Source: Marsupella aquatica (Eukaryota; Plantae; Marchantiophyta). From it: a DNA stretch of 64,000 bases. The DNA is taken from positions 3,868,944-3,932,943 of the forward strand of contig OZ316894.1 of the NCBI GenBank assembly GCA_973895155.1. The letters are read 5' to 3'. Every line of letters begins with the position of its first letter. Position 1 is the stretch's first letter. The notes beneath the pieces were generated by a model. The model saw only the letters and a list, made by a program, of their open reading frames with translations. It had not been told where the DNA came from and did no database searches. Shown here piece by piece: positions 14,602-27,230 of this stretch. Position numbers and translations under genes: made by a program.

Positions 14602-17177
14602 CCCTGGATAGAGCTCATTTTTTAATACAAATATATAGAAATCATGACAAAAAGCATACATGATTATCAATTGACATACATCATAGTCATAAGTTTTCTC
14701 ATCCCCATGATGAGCCATGGAGTTATGGTCTAGAGGCTTCACTCTCGAAGCCTAGGCCCCAACTCTAGTTTGTAGTTGGTGCTTTATATTAATAAGTAAA
14801 ATCTACAATCTTCAATAATCTTCCTTCTCACGGAAAGTGTTTCCTGTCGCCCTCACATTGTTTCAAGTCCCTTTCATTTTTTTGGGCTACTGATCCATAG
14901 TCTGTACCATATCCAATTTCTAAATGTGGGTTAATTACTGGATATTTTGTGACAGTAGTCCTAGGCTGGTTGAATGGGTTTGGATCCACAGTTGTTCCTA
15001 CTCACTTTGAACAGGAGGAGAAGATTGACTTGGACATTGGTTCCCATTATGTGACAAGTCAATACTGGTTAGCCTTGATGAGAAACCAATCAGAAAAGAT
15101 TGCCAATGGAGTAAAGTCTGGGTACCTAGCTCTCTCCACTCTTAGCTGGTCTGGCCTATTCGTAAATGGGAAGGAATGGCGTTGGAGTTTAGTCATTTGG
15201 GTTGCTGGTGCTCATGACATGTACTGTCCGTTCCCATTCATTCTCAGTATTCTGATATTGGAGCAGTGGCATTCTGGCCTTTGCGACTATGGCTTCCTCT
15301 AATTTGGACTCTCCCACAATTGCTCACGAGTATCCGTAGCTTGGCAGCTTGGTCGGCAGTATACCATTCCTCGTCGCCTGGCTCTCACCTATCGGTCTTT
15401 GGCTGCTGAGAAGCATCTCTGACTCGAGCTCTGACTCCTTCTGCTTGGAGACATCATAGAGATATTTTACGAAGCCAGGGGAAGTGGTGGGTCCGGAGGG
15501 GAATAAATTTTACCCTCGGTCGTTTCTTCCTCATATGGGACACCCTCAGTAGTCCTTTTTCAGTCCCAGCTGGGGGAAACTGTTCTCGGCCATCTGGATG
15601 CGAAGCATGGTAGAGTTGGAAGATTTTGTCTGACTGATGTTCCCTTATTTCAAGGATACAGCAGTTAGGGACCCGGTTAGGGAGTATTGGCCTTCGTTGC
15701 AGTCTACCTAGCTGGTCCGGAAGGGTATCCCCATTTTGATAATGCAAGTTTGTGGTGGGATATAGCGACTGGTTGTTGGATTTAACGGGATGGATGGCAG
15801 ATGCTGGAAATTCTTGGGTTATGTGACATGGTCAGCAGGCGGCATTTGGAGTTGGTGGTGATTGGCAGCCAAGGGAGAATGGAGTTTGCTTGTTGCCCAA
15901 TTGCTTTCTTGGGTGTTTCCCTTTTAGATGGCTGCTTTTGGATGCCCGTTTGGATGTATGGGCTACTTTAGGCATATAGTATCCTGGGGTTCCTCCTTCC
16001 CTCTTTTTCTGCCCTCCTCTTGGCAGTCTGGGTGGTGGTTCCCATCGTCATATCTCTGGGATGCCCCTTCTCCTTGCCCCCCTTAATTGCTTGTTTTCTT
16101 TCTCTGTCTCCTACTATCAAGCAGTATTCATTGTTTTTGCCTTGGGTGTCCCACGTCTTCCTTGTTTTGGTCTTGGGCGCCCCTCTGGAATAAAGTTTCA
16201 GGGCTTGGCCCTTTCCCATTTAAAGACTAAAATTAGGTTAGCCTTAGCCTAACGCGGCCCCTTTCTCCGTTGCAGGGTACATTCAGGAGTTGCAGGTACA
16301 GGAGGGGAAAAAAACTTCTTTTTTTGGCTCCATATCACGCACAAAGTTTTGGGGGAATAAACACCCTAAAATTTAAGTCAATAAAGTTTTTTTTAAGAAT
16401 TGTTTTAGCCCTAAATTAATGGAATATTCTAAGAATATTCCCAAATTTGATTTTAAAAAACCCTACGATTCTTACAATTCTCAAAATTGGATTAAAATAA
16501 CCCTAATGTTCTTCAACAAAAATTTAAAAGTATTTCACTAAACCCAAAACACAATTTCGGACCGAACGAGAACTATTTCCTCTAAACGAGAAGTGTATTT
16601 TCATTTTCCGCCGAATCTCGCAAAATCGGCAGTTTTTTTCATCAAAAACACGTTTTTGGGGAAATAATGTAATTCGTATTGGAGTTCGGATTGAAACAGC
16701 AAATTTAATAATGATCAAAACCAATGAAATTCATGCTAACAAACATTCATATTATCAAGGAACAATTAGATCCGAAAAACTTTCTCCTCAACCTCATATT
16801 CACGCTCTCTGAAGATATATGAAAGGTCTTATCTATAAATCCATATCCACGTTTCGAGCCAAGTGTGATAACTGTATCGGACTCCGGATTTGAGCCATGA
16901 AAGCTCCGACCTAATCTCAGTTTTCTCAGTTTTTGGATATTTACCAAAAATATTTTACATCACAGTCGATAAGAATTACTGCACGGTTCGTCAAACTTAC
17001 CTTGCAGTTACCTCCGCAATTGACCAGTTACCTCCGCAAGTGACCATAGTCAACATGCCATTCTTTCAACAGCAATGCGCAGTCCGATAAAATTATCATG
17101 AAAACTACGGGCGACAAAAATACTAGTCGACAATACTAAGATCCTTCGGTTCATCGGTTAAATTTCAAAATTCCTAT

Positions 17178-17381
17178 CCATATGAAGAAAACTCTTCGCA
17201 ATACCAACATCAGATAAATTTATCGCTTCAATTTCAAAATTGCAACTTCCATATGAAGGAACCACTTTTGCAATACCAACATCAGATAAATTTATTGCTT
17301 CAATTTCAAATTGCAACTTCCATATGAAGGAACCACTTTTGCAATACCAACATCAGATAAATTTATCGCTTCAATTTCAAA
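17178..17381. repeat. ~72-bp tandem repeat (~2.8 copies), each unit carrying (A)GATAAATTTATCG
   Basis: Motif copies at 17212, 17284 and 17355. Confidence 0.9.
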
Positions 17382-17515
17382 ACTATATAATTTTGCCACG
17401 ATGCACGTGTGAGAATGAAATTGGAAATCCAAGAAATATACCCTTTTCTGCTATTTTGTCGTTTAGGGTGACAGCCAATCAAAAGTGGACACGTGGGCCA
17501 ACCCCTCAACAAACA

Positions 17516-17524
17516 CTATAAAAG
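17516..17524 (+). promoter_or_regulatory. Candidate TATA box of the transposase gene
   Basis: CTATAAAAG about 120-150 bp upstream of the ATGs at 17638 and 17668, preceded by a CACGTG G-box at about 17490. Confidence 0.45.
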
Positions 17525-17637
17525 GGCCACCGCCGATAAGTTTTTGGCGTCATTATCGAGAGTAGAGTTTTGGGAGTTGTGTTCTTGGAGCAACATTCTG
17601 TCCGTTGAGCCTTTCATTTTCCCTGATTGCGGGAGGA

Positions 17638-20600
17638 ATGCAAAGCCCCATAGTGTCTCGGATAGCCATGTCTCAATCAAACACAGATTCACCTTCCAAT
17701 TCAGTTGAATCCTCTCCTTCCAGTTCAGTTGAATCCTCTCCTAATCTTGTCGCTCGCTGTTTGCCAAGTCGCATACTTAAAGCTCTACCTCTCTCACAGC
17801 AAATAGTGCCCGAAATCTCTGACTCAGATTCTGATGCAAGTTCTGGTCCTGAGCCCAGTGCTTACTATGTGTCGCCTAGTAAACCTGAGAAGCGTCGTCT
17901 CTTGAGCGTTCCATTGCCAAGAAATGAGAAACTTTCAATCCCAGGTTTAGGTCCGAGACGTCGCTTCAGGCCATCCATCCCAGGTTATGGAGAGGGTATC
18001 CGACGACCGATACGCGTATCGTAGTCAGCATTCAAGTCGCCACATTCAACACAAGTTCAACGACGGATCTTTCAGTCTCTGGGTGAGGATCGGGACACAT
18101 AAATACAAAGACCGATACGGCGATCGGTCTTTGCATTGCCTGGACTGGATGTGCGAGCAAGTGAGGGAATCGGACTGCGAAGTCCAGACTCGGCCCTTTC
18201 TCGAATGGTCCGTGGGAATCGTGGTGAACAAGTGCTCAATTTTCCAGCAGCTCGCGGAGTCGTTGGGACTGCACGTGCGAATCCAGAATCTCTAAGTTCT
18301 CAAGGGCGGACTGTCATTGGTTCCAGGCTCCAAGTATCAAGGAGAGGTCTTAGTGGCGTTCGGGTTATGTATAGAGAGCCACGGAGTCCAATTGTGTTTT
18401 CAGATGAGTCAAGTGCATCGGAGGACGAAGATGAGGAAGGAGATAGAGAATCCGATATAACAGCACAAGTTGTGTCTGAATGTTTAGAAGGAGCTATCGA
18501 AGAGAATAGTTATAGTCGTCTATTCAGTGCCCCTCTAAATGCGTCAAGGAGATCTATAGAGGATGGTAGCTCAGCAGAGAGTGATGCATCTATTCGCGAG
18601 GCACCTGAAGGACCAGAAAATGCCAATGTTATGAATGGATTTCAAGCTGTAGAGAAGTCAAATGAGCCTAGTAAAAAAGATAGGGACCGAATTACTAGGA
18701 AAGACAATGTGATAAATGACAAATTGAATAGAAACAAAATGAGAGAAATTCATAAGTATTCGTGTTGTGATAATTACTGTCTGAGGAATTTGGGTCTGCT
18801 AGTCGTGACGAAACAACGCACTTATTACTATGGGCTATCCTACCCAGAGAAGAACGTCCTTCTAAGAGGATGTGTGAAGGGTGGGCTTGCTGGTGCAAGT
18901 GGTTACTCAGTTAGCGGTAGATCCTTTTGTCGGAGTGGTTTTAAGAAATTATTTTCACTAGGAAATAATCGTCTCCAAAAAATCTCGTAGAACATGTTTT
19001 CTCGGATACAGATCGGTATAGTTTGTCGAGAAAAATCACCCGCACATCTTGGTCTCGTCCAATGGCTGGATGATTTTTTTTCCACAAATGTCGAGAGTCT
19101 CCCCAACAAGGATATCTTTCATTTACCTGACAATTGGACAAAAATAGAAGTTTTTGATGCCTTCGAGTCCGAAACTCTAATGCGCCAAGAACAAGGCATG
19201 ACATATTCGTGGTTTGTTCGCATTTGGAACAAGGAGTTTCCTCACGTGCGCATCCCCAAAAGGAGCCATTTCTCCACCTGCGCCCCGTGTACTGAATTCA
19301 AAGCACTCCGTGACAAGACAAGACTCGAAGCAGAAAAGAGTAAGTTTCTAAACCTGTGTGTTACTCCCGATAATTTTATCGGGTTGAGTATTCATGTGCT
19401 TCTTCTTTGGCCATGTGAGTGAATATATCGTTTGAACAGTTTGAATACTGAACCTGATAAATTTATCGCTATCACAATTTTTCATTACGGTCTTGTGTTT
19501 GAATACTGAACCCGATAAATTTATCATTGTCAGGGTTTATCATTACGGTCTCGTGTTTGAATACTGAACCCGATAAATTTATCGCTGTCAGGGTTCAACA
19601 TTGCGGTTATCATGTTTTGTCCTAAACATTTTTATTATTGTAGGAAAATTCTCAACATTGCTAAACAAGCATCGGAAGGCACAAGCAGTCGAGAGGGAGA
19701 AGTTAGCAAAGCACCGAAGCAAATGTTACAAGAGTCTGGAGAAATATTTGGGCATCTGTATTGATGGAATGGATCAAAAGACGACAGAGTTACCTCATTT
19801 CATTCGGTGTCCGAAGAATATGGATGAAAAGTATTTCATCCCCGTACACGTAGTGGGTTGTTTGATCTTCAACAAACAATTAAGTTCAAATGTTTTTTTG
19901 AACTATCCAAATATTCACAATGATAGCAACCTGACCATCCACGTTATCCAGCATATTCTGAATACCTGGGAAGGTCTGCTCCCTCCAGTGCTTTACCTCC
20001 AGCTTGATAACACAACTCGGGAAAACAAGAATAAATATCTTATGGCATATTTGAATATGTTGGTGGAGATAGGTGTTTTCCAGAAAATAAAGGTTGGTTT
20101 CCTATTGGTGGGGCACACCCATGATCAAATTGATCAAATGTTTAGCAAGTTTTCTTCAAAATTGAACAAGCGGAAAGCTTTCGGGTTGGACACTATTTCA
20201 GCAATCATAGAGGAATCCTACAATCCTACGGCAAAGATATTTTTCGTCGACGAGGTTGCCGATTTCAAGAAATTTGTGTCAGACAAGGATCAAGCAAATG
20301 ACAAGGATATGGATGGTTAGGTTCTACGTACTCTCCATAGCATAAGTGCTCAAAAACAATTTCGGATTACTAGAGTACTCGAAGATGGAAGTGCTCGGTC
20401 CGTATTCCATGCCAAACATCTTTCAACGACAACCAATTGGGGGGAGACGGTGGATTTTGTTCGGTACATTCCATCATCTGGAATGTGGGTCGCACCACAA
20501 ATGGCATTGAAGTCGGCCACGGGAGCGACAGGAGACAATGAAGAGCAAGAGAATGATGCTGAGGAACAAGATGAGCGGGCGGCTCAAAGTTATTTGTCAA

Positions 20601-21253
20601 CTCTTCAAAAATATCGAAGAGCAATTGAAGATGGATTCAATTACTTTGACGACGAAGATCGTCTATGGTGGGGTCATTTTTTTGACAAACAAAAAGAAGT
20701 GATTCAGCACCACCTGAAACCTGCACAATGGAATTTTGATTGGAGTTGGCCCAAGGTAAACGTACAGAGAGAACTTCCGAGTAATCCTACGGAAGCAGCA
20801 ATGGAACCTAGCTTGGTTGATAAAGTAGCGGGTGTGAGGACAGTCATGTATTCCGGAAGTCGAATAAAAGTCACAGAAATTGGAGACTTCAAGGATCTAG
20901 AGGTGAATACTAAATTTGCAATGATATGTGTAGCAGCCCATCAGGATCCCAAGGGAAGACCATTCTGGATGGCAAAAGTGACTGAGATTCTCACAAGAAT
21001 TAACGACATCCCGGAGCGGATTAAAATCACTTGGTATGCAATGGATTCGGAGGAAGAGTCTGCAATTGAAGGCAGATATTATCCGGAGAAAGAGGCTTCG
21101 TCTAGCAAAGTACTAGAGGATGAATTGTCCCTAGCAGAAACTGTTGTTTATGCGTATAACTTTGCGTTATTGGCAAATAGTACTATCCCTATACAAATAA
21201 GACGAATCATTCAAAATGCAATGGAGACTGTAGTCATTGATAGTCGAAGCTAG
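17638..21253 (+). pseudogene. Sola-like DDD transposase (DUF7869-like from memory) with C-terminal BAH/Tudor-like domain; four in-frame stops
   Basis: One reading frame plus a phase-1 intron at 19340-19643. Motifs CCDNYC, FCRSGFKKLFSLG, FSTCAPC, ICIDGMDQ, LQLDNTTRENKN, VGHTHDQIDQMFS. Stops TAG 18022, TAA 18100, TAG 18988 and TAG 20318, with no frameshift. Confidence 0.85.
19436..19612. repeat. 58-bp tandem repeat (3 copies) inside the transposase intron, each with the 14-bp palindrome
   Basis: Motif copies at 19455, 19513 and 19571. Confidence 0.9.
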
Positions 21254-21584
21254 TTGTAGGTTTAAGTTATAATGGTTATCGTTCCCATGAATATGTACAG
21301 TGGTTATCGTTCTGGGACTATGTACTCCGCAGCTATAATGATATCTTGTTTTTTGAAATAATTGCAATGACAAACCAGTTAGAGCATACAATGCTAAGTC
21401 CGATAAGATTATCGACAACTCCATTCCCCCAGCTAGAACACCGCGATAGTCCGATATATGCAAAGTCCGAAAAATTTATCGCATTAATAAAGGTGACAAA
21501 GGTTCTTCCTCATGGAATACAGAATCCGATAAATTTATCGACAACTCCATTGGTGATTGACATTATCCTAACGAGCACACGCAA

Positions 21585-24500
21585 CTAATCTAATAACATG
21601 TCGTTGAGATCATCCTCATTTGGTGTTCTGGGAGGCTCTTCCTCAGTTTCTTCTTGTTCCTCTTTGGTCTCCTTCACGACCTCAACTACGTAAGTCGATG
21701 TCCCGAGAACACCCAATTGGCCTACAATTGGTGGTTGAATCTCATGACCTTCAACGCCATGCCCTTCAATCTGGGATTCTTCATATAAATTCCAGTTTGA
21801 CTCCAGAATCACGATCTGGGATTTCACAAAATCAATCTGCGCAGAACTCTTATCAACAGCACAACCCTGGCGAGAATTGAGGAGCGTAGCAGCTAATGTC
21901 GATCCAGTTCCACAACAAAGATCAATAACCCAATCCTCTTTCTCAGAGTAATGGGAAACAAACCAAGCCCCCAAACCAACAGGCTTCTGATACGGGTTCA
22001 CAACAAATCCCAACGGATCAACGGACTTCTTGGTTACACATGGAACCTTGATGATATTGACGCGAGACTCATCCGGTTGGAAATTGTACATGTCCATGTT
22101 CCGAATGCCTTCCTCGCTATAGAAACCTATCGACCAGTTCTCAAAACCCCACGCCAATCGAGCTCCAGCGGGACGCTCATGAATGTTAGTCTTCTCCCAG
22201 ATTCCAGCCTTGACCCCACAGTTGCATACACTCTCCAGTGTAGACATCACCATATGCGTTTGTTGTAGTGAATGGAACACAACAAACCTCCACTGCTTAG
22301 CGGTCGTCATCTTTGAGAAACTTGTCAACATGTCTAAAATGTCCTTTTCTGTGAATGCTACTTCATCAAACTCCGAACCAGGAGCATTAAAACCATACGG
22401 AATATCCGCAACCGCAAGGGTGTAAGCCCTTGGCTGAACAAAAGAATCCAAAATTTGAACATCACCAACATGGAGATAGTAGGGAAAAGAATCCCCGTCT
22501 GTATTTTCCCATGTTTGTTCAAACGCTTCTGCTGTGCCCTCGCCTAAGGACCTCAGCCGATTGTACTTATCGATTGCAGCAAGCACAAAATTCTTAAACA
22601 CATAAGGGATTTCAGTTGAGGGAACAATAACCTCCCCACAGAATTATAAGTGACAGCCGGAACCACTTTGCTTTTCCTTTTTGAATTAATCTTCAGCTGT
22701 AAAAATGTCAGACACATCTACAGTTAGAATAGCGTGAGATGAATGCTAAAGCCGATAAAAATCTCGCGATGGAGCACGCTAGCCGATAGATGGAATCGCT
22801 TAGAAACCAACAAAGGAATGCTAAAGCCGATAAAAATCTTGCGATGGAGCACGCTAGCTGATAGATGCAATCGCTTAGAAACCAACAAAGGAATGCTAAA
22901 GCCGATAAAAATCTTGCGATGGAGCACGCTAGCTGATAGATGCAATCGCTTAGAAACCACAAAGGAATGCTAAAGCTGATAAAAATCTCGCGATAGAGCA
23001 TGCTGTGAGAGGAATGCTTACCGCGTCACTCAATTTCTCCGCCCATATGCCAAGGACCGAGACATCTGTTTCGTTGGGAAACATTTCTCTGCATGTTGCC
23101 CAATCTGGCTGACCAGATATCTGCAAAAATAGTTTCTTCACCTTGGCAAGCTTTTTCAACTTCTCACCTTCCTTGTGCATTTGATCCAAAGTGATCACCT
23201 TCCTGATAACCCTATTCAAGAGACGCTTGACATGCTCCTTATTTGACAGTCCTTGGAGACCTCGAAATGAATTTAAGTTGAGGTCACCAGCAAGTTTATT
23301 CATTTTAATCTCCCTTACCATCAAAGGTTTTACCTTTCCCTTTGCGTTCGTCGTTGCCACAATTTTTTTGGGTTGTCCTAAGACAATACCTTTCTCCCAC
23401 ATCTGGAAAATCTGCTCCTGAAGATCCCAAATTTCACCTGTTCGGAAAGCAATTTGGAAAGCCGGATCATGTTTGGCCATGGAGTCACGAACTCCTGGCG
23501 TGTACTCCATCATGCATTCTTGACAACATGCTTCGCGGACATCTTTAGTCGAGCCCACACCCATTTCAAGAAAAATATTGTGACAAGTGCGAACTTGGTC
23601 AATTTTAGTCATGTTCTTCCAATACTCCTGGTCATAGTTATGCTGGAAGCCTAACTTTCGGACCTCGGATCTCGTAAGCCCAGCGTAAACCCAAGCTTCC
23701 AGCTCACCATATATTTGCTTCCCGTACATTTTAAACAACTCGGACTTTGCCCGAGCACCATGATTCCCTCCAATAATTCTATACTTCCATACCCTTGACT
23801 TCAGGATGTCCCAATCTGCGGTTGTGGGACAATCCTTCGGATCCACACACAGCACGAATGGGGCACTGAAGTTGGTGGGGTTTTTCATGAGAAGTATCTT
23901 GATATTTTCCACATGCAATCTATCCACTGGTCTAATCAAAGTTGACAAATCCCCCTCCTCATCAAATATGAGATTGTCGACATGCAGAAGCACAGTTGTC
24001 CTTTGCACCCTTCGTTGCATCAGAAGACTGAGCTCTGCCTTTATCGCGTCCGTCTCATACATCGAAAGAGCCATCTCCTCCTCCTGATCAACCTACAAAA
24101 GCATTGCAAATTCAATTAAGGAAAGAAACTGCGAGATTTTTATCGGAGTTCACATTTGTTCAACATAACTCCACAATCCGCAATTCAGGAAATAAACAAC
24201 GAGATTTTTCTCGGATTTCGTATTTGTTAAACAGTACAACGACGTAGTACTTACCAATGGCGCCGCAGAAACCGCGATTGGAACTGATGGAATTGACGGA
24301 GCTCTATCTACTTCTACAGCCACTATCTCAGTCCAACCAATACTCTTCCTCTTTGTGCTAAGTCCAGAACCAGATGGCCTGGATCCCTCGGATTCTTTAC
24401 TTTTGCTTGGTTTAACAGATGGTCCTCGACGGTTGCCCCGGCCTCTCCCACTACCGCCAGTTTCCTGGCTCTTTTTCCCAACGTCAGAGGTTCCCGCGGC

Positions 24501-25223
24501 ATCTCCCCTGCCGCTACCTCTCCCTTTCCCTCTTCCACTTCCCGAAACCCGACCAGAAGTTGTAGGTTCGTCCACGTCAATATGTGTAGAGGATTGCAAT
24601 GGTTCTTTTCGCCCCGATATTTTATCGGCATTAGAACCACCGCTGCCACTTGAACCTGGTTTCTTGAAAACAATTTTGCGGACAGGTTTGAACTCTTCAC
24701 CCACAAGTCTCTTGTACTCTGCGTTCACCCTTGGAAGCATGATGGCATCACAATCTTGCACATACTGGCCGATCCAAGCCGAACCCATAACATTCATCTC
24801 TCTTGTTGCCCAAACTTCGGCAACAAGGGGATCTTCTGGATAACTGTCTATCGATTTCTCATCAAAGTTATCGAGAGTAACAATGAGAGATGTGAAACCC
24901 TTGCGCCCACACATTGTCAAGAAACTAAGGCCCTCTGTCAACACTTTTCCCTCCCCGTGGCCAACCATGAACTCGACGATGGCAACAACAATGACAGGGC
25001 CATACGAAACATTAACCTTCGCCGATTTTTGCAACTGGACCCAAAGGATTGGGGTAGCACAATCTTCGAAACCCGTGGACTGTAATCTGGCGTCACGGAA
25101 GTACCATGACTTCTTGATACACTTGACCTCTTCACAAATGTCTTCACTCGTCCAAATTGCATTGGTGAGGCTTGTCATGAGACTTTCTGCCTCAGCAGAT
25201 CCACTCTTTCCACTAGCAGCCAT
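21585..25223 (-). CDS. Spliced ParB/Srx-like domain + beta-class DNA amino-methyltransferase (N6_N4_Mtase-like)
   Basis: Exons 25223-24255 and 24092-23022 join in phase 0 with GT-AG sites; the last exon ends at 21585. ParB-like motif YRIIGGNHGARA. MTase motif IV LAVADIPYG comes before NPYQKP and motif I VIDLCCGTGS, which is the beta permutation. The last junction needs either a weak GAG acceptor at about 22632 or a 1-nt frameshift at about 22634 after the acceptor at about 22697. Confidence 0.8.
22741..23002. repeat. 75-bp tandem repeat (~3.5 copies) in the intron between the ParB-like and MTase exons
   Basis: The unit contains CGATAAAAATCT(C/T)G at 22753, 22828, 22903 and 22977. Confidence 0.9.
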
Positions 25224-25422
25224 GGCAAAGTTTGCAAATAAACAAATTCCAATGCAAAGAGCGATAAAATTATCACCGCCAATCTCACAGCACATGTGGA
25301 CATGACATCTCATCACACAAGGACAAAGAGACCCGCAATGCAAATGACCGATAAAATTATCACAAAAGTGAGCCTTCTTTAAATTGACAGCCGAGTGTAC
25401 AGGTCGAAGAATCAGCTACGGA

Positions 25423-25462
25423 ACCCTAAATCCAAAACCTTAACCCCTAAACCTAACCCTAA
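25423..25462. repeat. Degenerate telomere-like (telobox) CCCTAAA tract
   Basis: aaccctaaatccaaaaccttaacccctaaacctaaccctaa, about 200 bp upstream of the ParB-MTase ATG. Confidence 0.6.
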
Positions 25463-25719
25463 TCATAGTTGAACCTCGCCAGAGCGAAGCGTTCGATCCG
25501 CTTCTTGGGCCATTGGGGAATATGAGTGACGCGATGATCATAAGCCCACAGCGAATGGAAATCAACTTCACCAGTCTCAGGATTCACTACTGCTATTGAA
25601 TACCGGCGTGACGAAATGCCACAACAAGCATTTGTGCAGCATGGACAGATCTCACCATTGGCAAGGACGTTCGTCCACAGGCAACTTACATAGATCAAGT
25701 TAAAGAGCGCACAGACCGG

Positions 25720-26172
25720 CTAGGGGGGGAGTTGACGAATCTTGTATGAATATAGTTTCCCACTAGTGTCAATAAAAAACTCGGTGGCAAGAGGATTGTC
25801 CAGCTCATCAATCACATCCTGAATCTCATCGAATGCTCTACGTCTGTTGTCGACATAGAATTTTGGCTCATAAGCAGGATTGCCCTTCACAACATGACAG
25901 CAGTGGAGTATAAAACGTCTTACTGCACCGGTTTTCAAAAAGAGTAGGATAACTCTTCTAGAAAATCCAACATATCTATCCCACCGAATATAAATTTCTC
26001 CCCCTACCTGATCTACGTAGAAGTGAAATGCGCTATGGTAAAACGGTTTTACTACCAGCCTGCATATCTTTAAAATTAGTGACTCATCCAGCCTCCTTAG
26101 CTGGTCCAGCATGGCTCCATTCCCCCATTCTGGAGGATCCAAGTAGGGTACAAAAATGCGTCGCTCGAGCAT
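25720..26172 (-). CDS. Transposon cargo ORF, 150 aa, unknown function
   Basis: ATG-initiated ORF with globular composition, co-oriented with the other cargo ORFs. No recognisable motif. Confidence 0.45.
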   Translation of the reverse strand: MLERRIFVPYLDPPEWGNGAMLDQLRRLDESLILKICRLVVKPFYHSAFHFYVDQVGGEIYIRWDRYVGFSRRVILLFLKTGAVRRFILHCCHVVKGNPAYEPKFYVDNRRRAFDEIQDVIDELDNPLATEFFIDTSGKLYSYKIRQLPP

Positions 26173-26487
26173 GGCCTGATCACCGAATAGAAATCAGGAA
26201 TAAATTTTGGAGAACATACTAATTACAATTCTACAAGTTTCATCCAACTTTACAGTACCTTGTATAACGGGCTGTGAAGCCAATGCACTTGTCAGCTAAT
26301 CGTCCGAAGAGGCGCAAACAAATACACTCTGGACCACACAACCCGAAGTCAGGGGAGGCAAAGTCAATTACATTCAAAGTGTTTCTTTACAAGCTCTTCT
26401 CGAGCAAACCTTAGAGCACCCAAAATCGACTAGAGGAATGAGGAGTGCGATAAATTTATCGGATGTTCGCAGCAATGCCTCATCCAC

Positions 26488-27036
26488 TCAGACTCGTCCA
26501 TGCCATGCAAGAATTGTCCGCTTCCCGCTTTCTCCAAGATTTATCCAAACTCTACGAAACTGATCTAACTGCTCATACGAAAAGCACCCAAGCATATCTA
26601 TGGGAGGGAGGAAATGAGTTTCCTCTCGGAAGACCCTAGCAATATGTATGTTTGAGAGAAGGTCGGCATTAGGAATGCTTGCGAGCATTTTGTTTATGTC
26701 ATTGATCTCACGGACTGCATATTTCAATAGTGCCCAAAATCGTGTACCAACAACAAGATGGTTCCATTTCTTTGAGGTGGCTCCAAGACAAATGATTGTT
26801 CTCATTCGAGTCAGTCGTTCTTCTGGTAGAAGTTTTAGGTCAAGGCCAAGGTGTTCATCTTGTATGCAAGACAAGGCTAGGAGGGGCCAAATGTGAGATT
26901 CAACGAGTTGATCGGGAAGTCCATTCAACAAACTTCCGCATTCCACACCGGGCACTTTTCCTCGAATATATTTCCTACGCTCGTGGGCTACAACGGATCC
27001 CATCTTTGCAATGATTAGATTCTCAGACGCAGCCAT
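26488..27036 (-). CDS. Transposon cargo ORF, 182 aa, F-box-like
   Basis: LLNGLPDQLVESHIWPLL…ICLGATSKKWNHLV matches the F-box pattern LPxxL…I…L…VSKxW, with an insertion. The ATG context is gccATG on the coding strand. Confidence 0.55.
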   Translation of the reverse strand: MAASENLIIAKMGSVVAHERRKYIRGKVPGVECGSLLNGLPDQLVESHIWPLLALSCIQDEHLGLDLKLLPEERLTRMRTIICLGATSKKWNHLVVGTRFWALLKYAVREINDINKMLASIPNADLLSNIHIARVFREETHFLPPIDMLGCFSYEQLDQFRRVWINLGESGKRTILAWHGRV

Positions 27037-27230
27037 GAAGCAGAGCTACCAAAACTACCAATAAAAATACCTTCAATCACCAGGTGTAACCGAACACATC
27101 CACAGTACCAACCCTGCACGACAATTTAACGATTAGGACTTGTGATGTATTATATTCGCTACGCAAGGGTAGGACTTGTTTATTTAAATATGTCCTTACA
27201 AGACGCGCCTCAATGCAAAGGTCAAAACAC

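Noticed and set aside
14800-16250. Degenerate coding-like minus-strand region, possibly retroelement-derived
   Set aside because: No diagnostic motif or boundaries could be read.
21585-22601. Bacterial contamination as the source of the methyltransferase
   Set aside because: The gene has GT-AG introns and lies inside a TIR element nested in a MITE that recurs elsewhere in this plant sequence.
22708-23001. Repetitive short ORFs (e.g. ACSIARFLSALAF repeats)
   Set aside because: These are translation artefacts of the 75-bp intronic tandem repeat.
17178-23002. Tandem arrays with palindromic cores considered as CRISPR-like
   Set aside because: The whole units repeat (no unique spacers), there are no cas genes, and the context is eukaryotic and intronic.
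24355-24843. Antisense 162-aa ORF and similar shadow ORFs (47310-47993, 63243-63890)
   Set aside because: They overlap better-supported ORFs on the opposite strand in GC-rich or low-complexity coding sequence.
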